This document shows, piece after piece, positions 28,650 through 35,845 of a stretch of DNA of 64,000 nt (position 1 is the first letter of the stretch; the number at the start of each line of letters is the position of its first letter). This stretch comes from Woeseiaceae bacterium. GTDB taxonomy: Bacteria > Pseudomonadota > Gammaproteobacteria > Steroidobacterales > Woeseiaceae. The stretch lies in NCBI GenBank assembly GCA_965224645.1, contig OZ245053.1:3350881-3414880 (forward strand), read 5' to 3'. A model generated the notes under the pieces. The model was not told the origin of the DNA. It did not search any database and saw only the letters and a list, made by a program, of their open reading frames with translations. Both the position numbers and the translations under genes were made by a program.

Positions 28650-28984
28650 GCCATAATCAGGCCATCCGTGTGGGTCAATTTTCAGTGCAAATCCCGGGTC
28701 AATATTGGGTGCAAATCAACAGGCAGCCATTGATCTTCTACCTGCTTTGGAATGTCGTTGCCCCGAATTCTTTCGGGCTGGACAATCTGGGACTCTTTGA
28801 ATCAGTGGCAGTTTACGCGCTGATACGCGTCATCATCGATCCACCAAAGCTGCAAATTTCAATAGAGTGACAACGTGTGGAATCTCCGACCAGGGAACCG
28901 TGCAGATGACCATGCGTAGTTTTCAATAGGTGGATGCGTGCGCTAGCGTGAAATTCGGCGAAGTGCACCAATTCTGTTCTAGAT

Positions 28985-29014
28985 TGTTGATTTTCACCCA
29001 ATGTTGACCGGGGG
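28985..29014 (+). repeat. Solo, decayed IS21 right-end terminal repeat
   Basis: TGTTGATTTTCACCCAATGTTGACCGGGGG differs at about 4 of 30 positions from the reverse complement of the IS21 right end (TGTTGATTTGCACCCAATATTGACCCGGGA). Similarity fades after about 45 nt. Confidence 0.6.
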
Positions 29015-29157
29015 CGTGCAGGGCGCAGGAAACACTATGATCCGATGCTTCGAGCATTCCGAGCTTCAAGTACTATGAGAACTAGTCACCGATGCCCGTT
29101 CTTCGAAAACTTGTTTAGTGGACGATATGAAAGGGGCTAAAGATTGGAGAGGGAAAA

Positions 29158-29427
29158 GTGAACAAGAAATATGAAACGGAACGTGCGCGCCTGATCGAAA
29201 TATTGCGAGACGAATTTATTTTGTCTCGAGTCCAAGGTGGGTCTATACCTTGCGGACCAGATGACGTCGGACAATGCGAAATGTTCGACCAATCATGCCC
29301 AGCTGGAGAGGTGGAGTGTGGTAGCGGAAGCGCCGATTGCGTGATCACACGACCGATCGATGGGGGGACTGAAACAACACAAGGAATATGCTGCGTGGAG
29401 GGTTTCACTGCGCCAGAGGGTTGCTGA
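29158..29427 (+). CDS. Double-glycine-leader precursor peptide with an acidic 61-aa, 8-Cys core
   Basis: GGAGAGGG lies a few nt upstream of the GTG start. The leader VNKKYETERARLIEILRDEFILSRVQGG ends in GG, with V at -4 and L at -7. The core is SIPCGPDDVGQCEMFDQSCPAGEVECGSGSADCVITRPIDGGTETTQGICCVEGFTAPEGC. A C39-peptidase ABC exporter lies 1.6 kb downstream on the same strand. Confidence 0.7.
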   Translation: MNKKYETERARLIEILRDEFILSRVQGGSIPCGPDDVGQCEMFDQSCPAGEVECGSGSADCVITRPIDGGTETTQGICCVEGFTAPEGC

Positions 29428-29450
29428 TCTTAATTCAAAGTTGAGATGAT

Positions 29451-30479
29451 GTGGACCCTTTCGTTCCCGATGTGACTATTGATCTTCCCGCCGATTCGTT
29501 TCAAGAATCGGATGCATCGATATCACAAATCATAGGTGCTCTCGCGAGGCCGATTTCATTTGACACGCGCCGAAAAGTGTATTCTTTTCTTTCAAGGCAC
29601 CACGCCGACGACCCGATTGTCAACCTAGCATTACCGACAAGTACCTCGTATCCATGTTATGACCGCGAGATAGACGCCTACCTCAAAAGAGTGATTCGAA
29701 GTAACCGCTCGCGCAATGCCAGAGCGCATGCAACGTACTTAATGGCGGGCAACTACCTCGAATTGAGCGACTGTTTACTAATGGCCAACAATCTCGGCTC
29801 CAGTCCAGTCGAATTTGTTAAAGCTACAGTGCCTTCAAAGCAATTCGAAATTACAGGGCACATTGTAATGGAATCGTTAAGCTATTGGGCCCAAGTGGGT
29901 GCTACCAAACTGCGATCTGAGGCACGTAGGCTCGCGGAAGTATGCGTAAAAGAGTACCCGCGGTGTAAGAGATACAACTTGCGAAGCAATTACCCAGCAG
30001 ATCCAGATCGCTTGGAAACTCAGCTCCTGGGGACTGTAGCCTTGGAGGCAAGGTCTATTTTGGAGCGATTGGAGTCGTTTTCTGTTGGAGCTAGATTGAC
30101 CAAAATACTTGGATTGCTTGATGGCGAATTACAGATTGAATCAAAATTAGCTTCTCAATCGAACACCGTCATTGAATTTTGGCGAAGCGACTGCGGGCCT
30201 TGCACAAAGAAATTGCAAGATCTAGAAGATCTCGTGGTCAACTATGGCAATTTCGACGCTGAGATCAAAGCATTGAACATCGACCCAACAAGTGAACACT
30301 GGCGAAAATCGATGGCCAAACATGCACCGTCGATTAATGGAAGTTACTTTGGCGATAATGCGAGATTGATTCGGCTTTGGGGCATAACGGCGGTGCCGAA
30401 GATTGTCGTTTTAAAGCCCGACCTCACGATTCTTGCGATAGGTGCGCTTACGATTGATCAAATCAAACTCCTATCGTAG
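29451..30479 (+). CDS. Two-domain protein: unknown helical N-domain plus C-terminal TlpA/thioredoxin-like domain (CGPC)
   Basis: 342 aa. The C-terminal about 110 aa read NTVIEFWRSDCGPCTKKLQDLEDL...WGITAVPKIVVLKPD, a thioredoxin fold with a CxxC active site and cis-Pro region. No signal peptide is evident at the annotated GTG start. Confidence 0.7.
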   Translation: MDPFVPDVTIDLPADSFQESDASISQIIGALARPISFDTRRKVYSFLSRHHADDPIVNLALPTSTSYPCYDREIDAYLKRVIRSNRSRNARAHATYLMAGNYLELSDCLLMANNLGSSPVEFVKATVPSKQFEITGHIVMESLSYWAQVGATKLRSEARRLAEVCVKEYPRCKRYNLRSNYPADPDRLETQLLGTVALEARSILERLESFSVGARLTKILGLLDGELQIESKLASQSNTVIEFWRSDCGPCTKKLQDLEDLVVNYGNFDAEIKALNIDPTSEHWRKSMAKHAPSINGSYFGDNARLIRLWGITAVPKIVVLKPDLTILAIGALTIDQIKLLS

Positions 30480-30552
30480 TGGCAAGAGCCACGCAACATT
30501 CGTTATGACTAGTACTGCAATGGGCTGCCGCGAATTGTCGACCACATTTCAA

Positions 30553-31047
30553 ATGCATGACAAACCGACCTTCGATTTGGCGCCTCGGACAGCACCGTAT
30601 GTTGTCTTTTTCGTGCTCCTGTCTGGGTTCCTCTTTTCTTTCGGTGCCTCGAAGAGCATTAATGAAACATCTCGAATCGATCTCAAAACCATTGATAGCG
30701 GACCAAAGGCAGGCGAGCATCGTACCTTACGGGTATCCTATTTAGCCTGTTCTACACCGTCTATCAAAATCTGGTCTTCCGAGATTGATGAAATGTATAT
30801 TGAGGTTGATCAATGGCGAGCTCGAATTATCTTTTACGACCTAAAGTCCGCCAATGTGGTGAATGATGGACAGATTGAAGTAGATTTGGAATTGCTTATT
30901 GAGGGCCCGATTTCATCCGCCCAGGATTACCGACTGGCCGAGACCGGTACGTCGAGTGCCAGTCTTGTCTTCGCGTCCAAAGAAAAGTCGCTATTAAACA
31001 CCATCTTTGCAGGCTCGATGCGTTTCGCCAAACACAAAAACAAGTGA
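30553..31047 (+). CDS. Hypothetical single-pass membrane protein (start uncertain: 30442, 30505 or 30553)
   Basis: It has a hydrophobic helix APYVVFFVLLSGFLFSFGA followed by about 130 aa of beta-rich sequence with no motif I recognise. Its stop lies 1 nt before the exporter ATG, suggesting co-translation. Confidence 0.5.
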   Translation: MHDKPTFDLAPRTAPYVVFFVLLSGFLFSFGASKSINETSRIDLKTIDSGPKAGEHRTLRVSYLACSTPSIKIWSSEIDEMYIEVDQWRARIIFYDLKSANVVNDGQIEVDLELLIEGPISSAQDYRLAETGTSSASLVFASKEKSLLNTIFAGSMRFAKHKNK

Positions 31048-31048
31048 A

Positions 31049-33145
31049 ATGCCTTGGCAGTTTCGTAACATTGATTTCAAGAGACTACGCCTTTCAATTA
31101 GCGAGCAAAAAGGCGAATGCGGTCTTGCATGTTTAGAAATGATTGCAAACTATCACGGGCGCCGGATAGACAAACACGCTGCGAGAGCAAGCACCGATTG
31201 GAAGACACCATTATCTAGTTTTCTTGTGCTTGAAAAATGGGCGAGGAAGGCCGGTCTCGAACCAACCGCGTTGCGTTTCAGTGCTGGTGGTTTACGCTTT
31301 CTCCGTACGCCCTGCATTTTACATTGGTCTGGGGATCATTTTGTCGTCTTAAAGAAGGCGGGCCGATTTCAATCGACGATATACAATCCCAGCGGAAATA
31401 TACAAAGAGTAACTTCGTCAAGATTGGAGAGAATTTGCAGCGGGTTTGCAATGGAGTTCAGTTGCTGCATTGAATCGACGATCCCGGACGTAGTACGCCC
31501 GGCGAAGGTTCGCCTATTGGACCTTCTTCGGCAGACTGATGGAATCGGTTCAGCAATGTGGCAGACAACTGCTCTAGCATTACCGGTCCAAGTATGCGCG
31601 CTGCTGGCCCCTCTTTACCTGAAAATAGTGATCGATCGGGTCTTGCCCAACAAAGATACGGATCTGCTGTTTGTTGCTGCGATCGGCTTTGCAACAATTG
31701 CGGCGTTTCAAGTTATCACCTCAGTGTTTCGGACTTTGCTTATGCACGGGCTGAGCACTCAACTTAGTTATCGTCTTAATGCCGCTTTGTTTGGTCACGC
31801 ATTAAAGCTACCACTTGAATTTTTTCAGAAACGGCATCTGGGAGATATATTAAATCGGTTCGGGTCTCTTGAGCATGTAAAGGCATTTCTAACAGGAAAC
31901 TTTATTGTACTAGTGATCGATACAGTAATGTCCATTATCCTCATATGGTTCCTCTTCTATTACAGTGCGCAACTTGCATTTATTGTGGTTGCATTCATGA
32001 TCGCCGATGCTGGTGTACGTATGATGGTCTTCAGACCAATCCGACGAAGCACAGAGGAGTCTCTGGACGCAGCGGCGGTAGCAAGAACAAACATGATGGA
32101 GAGTATCCGCGCGATCAGTTGCATCAAGGTTTTCGGCCGTGAAACCGACCGCCATAACAGGTGGAAAGAGTTGAGTCACAAGCAGTATTCGTGCGATCTG
32201 CGCGTCACACAATTACAGACAATCACAAACGGCGCCAGGCATCTATTATCAAGTGTTGAGACCATTATTTTGGTGTTCGTCGGAGCCACGCTTACCATCG
32301 ATTCAACATTTTCAGCGGGCATGTTGTTGGCGTTCATTGCGTATAAGTCTCAGCTGACGTCCAGCGTGACTAGCGTCGTTGGAAAGATTGGGCAGTTCGC
32401 TTTTCTTCAGGTGCACCTGGCAAGGTTATCTGACATCTACTGCGCTCTTCCGGATCGAGCAGTCAACCATTCCCATCCCATTCAGGAAACCAATAAGCAG
32501 AGCCAATTGGATCTGTCGCAAGTTTCATACCGATATATTAATGGTGGCAATTGGGTCATACGGGACTTTTCAATGTCCGTGCGCAAAGGCGAAACCATAG
32601 CTTTGGTTGGCCCATCCGGTGCCGGAAAATCTACGATCATCGCAATCGCGCTCGGACTCATCCATCCGCAAGAAGGTCAAGTCTTGCTTGATGGTACGAG
32701 TCTATCAGACATTCCGCAGAGTACATTCCGAAAAACTGTCTCAGCTGTAAGTCAGGGAGATCCATTGCTAGTCGGGACTATCGCCGAAAATATCTCGTTC
32801 TTCGACAACCTTGTTGATCCGGAGATTGTTCGAACATGTGCGTCAGCTGCTGCGGTTCATGATGAAATCATGGCCTTACCAGATCAATACGATACACCGA
32901 TTAGTGATCTTGGAGACGGGTTATCTGGTGGACAGAAACAAAGAATATTGATCGCTCGAGCATTATATGCAAAACCGAAGATTCTGGTGTTTGATGAAGC
33001 GACCAACTCTGTAGATGCTGAAAATGAAATCCGTATCTTCAGTGAAATTTCAAATCTTGGTATTTCGGTTCTGTTTACTACTCATAGCGAGAGGTTATTG
33101 GCCTTCGCCGATCGGACCATAGTCATCCCATCAGTCGCAGCGTAG
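31049..33145 (+). CDS. Peptidase-containing ABC transporter (PCAT): C39 peptidase + 6-TM + ABC ATPase
   Basis: C39 catalytic Cys context QKGECGLACLEMIANYHG, with His in SGDHFVVL. The transmembrane domain is followed by Walker A GPSGAGKST, signature LSGGQKQR and Walker B ILVFDEAT. ATG 31049 is preferred over 31007. Confidence 0.9.
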   Translation: MPWQFRNIDFKRLRLSISEQKGECGLACLEMIANYHGRRIDKHAARASTDWKTPLSSFLVLEKWARKAGLEPTALRFSAGGLRFLRTPCILHWSGDHFVVLKKAGRFQSTIYNPSGNIQRVTSSRLERICSGFAMEFSCCIESTIPDVVRPAKVRLLDLLRQTDGIGSAMWQTTALALPVQVCALLAPLYLKIVIDRVLPNKDTDLLFVAAIGFATIAAFQVITSVFRTLLMHGLSTQLSYRLNAALFGHALKLPLEFFQKRHLGDILNRFGSLEHVKAFLTGNFIVLVIDTVMSIILIWFLFYYSAQLAFIVVAFMIADAGVRMMVFRPIRRSTEESLDAAAVARTNMMESIRAISCIKVFGRETDRHNRWKELSHKQYSCDLRVTQLQTITNGARHLLSSVETIILVFVGATLTIDSTFSAGMLLAFIAYKSQLTSSVTSVVGKIGQFAFLQVHLARLSDIYCALPDRAVNHSHPIQETNKQSQLDLSQVSYRYINGGNWVIRDFSMSVRKGETIALVGPSGAGKSTIIAIALGLIHPQEGQVLLDGTSLSDIPQSTFRKTVSAVSQGDPLLVGTIAENISFFDNLVDPEIVRTCASAAAVHDEIMALPDQYDTPISDLGDGLSGGQKQRILIARALYAKPKILVFDEATNSVDAENEIRIFSEISNLGISVLFTTHSERLLAFADRTIVIPSVAA

Positions 33146-33366
33146 AAGAAGTGGATCGGTTACACAGCTAAGTCGGCAGAGCAGAAGCACGATACGGCTA
33201 GAATGCCGAGTTTTCACCAGCGATGCTACACGAACAATGTTGGTCAAATGCGGTTTCTCGGAACGAAATGTTTGGATTCGTTTCCCGCTGAAGGATAAGA
33301 GGCAAGAAGTTATTAATGTAACTTCATTTCCAAACTAAATAGGTTGGATTAACAAGGGGTCTTGGT

Positions 33367-34293
33367 TTGCTAACACAAAAAACTGCACGCATTTTGCTCT
33401 CGAAATCAATTGCAATTGCAGTAGTTTTCGTAGTCATCGCTGGCCTGCTGCTAAGGAGCTTATCGGACAATGGAGACAGTCGAGAAAAATTCAAAAAAGT
33501 GCCGGCACTGTCAGCGCCAAATGACATCACGGCGCCGCAAACTGTGGAAGCAATAGAGCCGCCGTTGTCGGAGCGTGTTGCTGAATCAGAGGTTGAGAGA
33601 TTTCAAATTGAATTGCCCGAATATTCGGAGGGCTGTCTCCCAATTGAGGGGGCGATTACCGATGAGCGCCTACGTTTATATCAAGAGTTGCTGAGCGAAT
33701 CGATTCCAAAGGGATTTGAATACTCAGCGTACAGGAAAATGGAGACAAACGATCTTCGGGCATTCGTCATGCAGTCAGACTCGGCTGCCATGTACACTCT
33801 TGCCGCTAGATTATTGAACGAATCGGCGTGGTTAGAGGAAAGCCAAGAAGAAGTGGCGACACAAATGTCGGAGGCGTCTGAGTTAGCGTACGAAGCGGCA
33901 CTAAGGGGTAGGCTATTCGCTTTGTTCGGGTACGGCCGGGCTCTGACTCTCCAGGGGATTGGGCCAGTTAGCCTGGGATGGATCGATCAATCGACCTATG
34001 ATCAGCTTTCAGACGAAGATCGACGGGCACTGCGACCCGACAACATATACGGATATCTGGTATTTGATATTCTTCCCGAGCTTGTAATTCTAAATGACGG
34101 ACGTGCGTTACTAGACCGGCTAAATGACACCTCTGATCTCCAGATGGAGATTCGTCGAATGCTTAAACTCAGGTTCGAAAAAGACCTGTTGGCGCGGGAT
34201 CTCGCGTCACCAGTTGATAGGTATAGAGCACAAGACCCCGAAACCCAAAACACAATAGGTAATTATTGCGCGCACCCGAAATTGAAATCTTGA
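33367..34293 (+). CDS. Hypothetical membrane-anchored protein with helical-repeat ectodomain
   Basis: 308 aa with an N-terminal anchor IAIAVVFVVIAGLLL and an alpha-helical remainder (possibly Sel1/TPR-like, AAMYTLAARLL...AYEAALRG). It shares the AT-rich composition and strand of the exporter. It has no HlyD-like coiled-coil/lipoyl signature that I can see. Confidence 0.5.
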   Translation: MLTQKTARILLSKSIAIAVVFVVIAGLLLRSLSDNGDSREKFKKVPALSAPNDITAPQTVEAIEPPLSERVAESEVERFQIELPEYSEGCLPIEGAITDERLRLYQELLSESIPKGFEYSAYRKMETNDLRAFVMQSDSAAMYTLAARLLNESAWLEESQEEVATQMSEASELAYEAALRGRLFALFGYGRALTLQGIGPVSLGWIDQSTYDQLSDEDRRALRPDNIYGYLVFDILPELVILNDGRALLDRLNDTSDLQMEIRRMLKLRFEKDLLARDLASPVDRYRAQDPETQNTIGNYCAHPKLKS

Positions 34294-34544
34294 CTTGCCG
34301 AGCTTGCACGACGTGGGAAGCATTGAAAATGGCGTATCATCAGTGGCTTGGGGTACGAAAAACTAATCACTCCGCCCCGCGTCCCTGCTAGTTTTTCATC
34401 CGCGTTGATTGCATTGAGTTCTTGTCCGGTGCCTTTTAGCGTGATGGTATGATGTGGCTAGTGATTTACTTCTTTCCCGGTTTTCGAAGTTACGGGCTCT
34501 CCGCAACCTTGATCTTCTCCCAAAATTGGTGGTTAGCTGACACT

Positions 34545-34760
34545 GAGATGCCGACGCGGAAATCGCTGGGACAATGCGGTTGCTGATCCTTCTTTGGCGG
34601 CCTTCAAGAATGAACGATTCTAATAGCACAACTGCGAGAACCGCGATCTCGCGACGGACGATGTCTCAGATTATATCGAATCGTTCTACATCGAAAACGA
34701 AGGTATCTGCATCTTGGAGGTATTCGTCCGCAGGAGTTCGAGGCTACGGTTCCGAGTTTG
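34545..34760 (+). pseudogene. Remnant of an IS3-family OrfB 3' end (frameshifted)
   Basis: In shifting frames it reads RCRRGNRWDNAVADPSLAAFKNERF-stop, then DYIESFY, then RKRRYLHLGGIRPQEFEA. These correspond to the conserved GNCWDNAxAESFF and DYIExFYNxxRxHSxLGxxSPxxFE blocks. Confidence 0.55.
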
Positions 34761-34830
34761 CATTCGGGAATTTGGGTAAGAACGTCAGGCTACGCTATCC
34801 GAGCATCGATGCTAGTGTCAGAGCATGCTG

Positions 34831-35764
34831 TGTTGATTTGCACCCAATATTGACCCGGGATTTGCACTGAAAATTGACCCACACGGATGGCCTGATTATG
34901 GCTCAGGTTTTGCCCTTTTTCTTAGCTTTTGTCTCCTTCTGATTGCTGGTTGAGTTCTTGAGTCGGTAACTGTCGTTACCGGTCTCTAGGATGTGGCAGT
35001 GGTGCGACAGTCGGTCAAGCAAGGCAGTCGTCGGCTTGGCATCACCAAAGACCGTTGGCCATTCCGCGAAGCTCAGGTTGGTGGTGATGACCAGGCTGGT
35101 CTTCTCGTAAAGCTTTGAGAGGAAGTGGAACAGCAAGGCGCCGCCTGTCTGACTGAACGGCAGGTAGCCGAGCTCATCGAGGATGACAAGATCGACGTGC
35201 GTCATGCGGTTGGCGAGCCTGCCTTGCTTGCCGTTGAGCTTCTCCTGCTCGAGGGCATTGACCAGCTCGATGGTCGACAGGAACCGTACTCGCCGGTGGT
35301 GATGGATGATGGCCTGCTCACGCTCGCGTTGCCGCCAGTCGCGAGCAAAGGCCGCGACCCGACCGTAGGAGCCGTCAAAGCCCAGAGCAACAAGATCCCG
35401 GTGCAACTGCTTCAGGTTACGGCGGCGCTTCCTGTTGCGCTTCGACTCTCGCTTGAGCCGGCTCGCCAGCGTCTCCGCGTACGGATCCAGCTTGCTGACA
35501 CTCTTCCTGGCCGGGTACTTCGGTGTCACCTCGCCGTTGGCGAGGTACTTCCTGATGGTGTTGCGGGACAGCCCCGTTCTTCTCGCAATCTCTCGTATCG
35601 ACAGCTTGTCACGGCCGTGCCAGCGTCGAATTACGCTCAATAAATCCACGTCTATCACTCCTTAATCGCTCCTGCGGTCCATCAGCAGGAGGAAGGGTTA
35701 CGCGTGGGTCATTTTTAGATGCAAATATCCGCTTTAGTGGCCCAACTTTGGATGCAAATCAACA
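34831..35764 (-). mobile_element. Internally deleted IS21 derivative (934 bp) with both terminal repeats intact, inverted relative to the full copy
   Basis: It starts TGTTGATTTGCACCCAATATTGACCCGGG (the right-end repeat, reversed) and ends GGATGCAAATCAACA at 35764 (the left end, reversed). It is near-identical to 26255-28721 except for a roughly 1.53 kb internal deletion and scattered substitutions. Confidence 0.9.
34903..35658 (-). CDS. In-frame IstA(1-116)::IstB(C-terminal half) fusion ORF
   Basis: The first 116 aa equal the IstA N-terminus (HTH) with 4-5 substitutions. From [17 protein letters not shown] onward it equals the IstB C-terminal half. The junction lies at a shared Gln-Ala (EQA / VQA). 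Walker A is lost and Walker B is retained. Confidence 0.85.
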   Translation of the reverse strand: MIDVDLLSVIRRWHGRDKLSIREIARRTGLSRNTIRKYLANGEVTPKYPARKSVSKLDPYAETLASRLKRESKRNRKRRRNLKQLHRDLVALGFDGSYGRVAAFARDWRQREREQAIIHHHRRVRFLSTIELVNALEQEKLNGKQGRLANRMTHVDLVILDELGYLPFSQTGGALLFHFLSKLYEKTSLVITTNLSFAEWPTVFGDAKPTTALLDRLSHHCHILETGNDSYRLKNSTSNQKETKAKKKGKT

Positions 35765-35845
35765 CAATAGCTCGCTGATGATTGCAGAACACTGCTTGCC
35801 TAGAATTGGCCACAACTAACTAGGCTCGATCGAGCACAAACTTCC

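Larger units (their letters stand above)
26255..28721 (+). mobile_element. IS21-family insertion sequence, full length (2467 bp)
   Basis: The terminal inverted repeats are TGTTGATTTGCA (26255) and TGCAAATCAACA (ending 28721). Both ends show internal multi-repeat TGCA-type motifs. Intact istA and istB lie in between. Confidence 0.9.

Noticed and set aside
26251-28726. Target-site duplication flanking the full IS21
   Set aside because: The flanks read CTTGGC and GGCAGC. At most a 3-nt GGC is shared, which is shorter than the 4-8 bp expected for IS21. The right flank is also not IS30 sequence, so the junction is probably a rearrangement rather than a simple insertion.
28722-29157. Additional precursor peptides or an immunity gene just upstream of the GG-leader peptide
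   Set aside because: Only 13-20 codon ORFs without ribosome-binding sites are present. Track ORFs 28670..28870 and 28813..29001 start inside the IS21 end or lie antisense, and have no leader-like features.
29353-29370. A second Gly-Gly (ITRPIDGG) inside the peptide as the real C39 cleavage site
   Set aside because: It lacks the preceding amphipathic helix and the usual hydrophobic spacing. It would also discard five of the eight Cys. The first GG (LSRVQGG) fits the leader consensus better. I cannot exclude double processing.
34903-35658. An ordinary 251-aa gene
   Set aside because: Comparison with istA and istB at 26360-28649 shows it is a deletion-generated IstA::IstB chimera inside a shortened IS21. 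It is reported as such.
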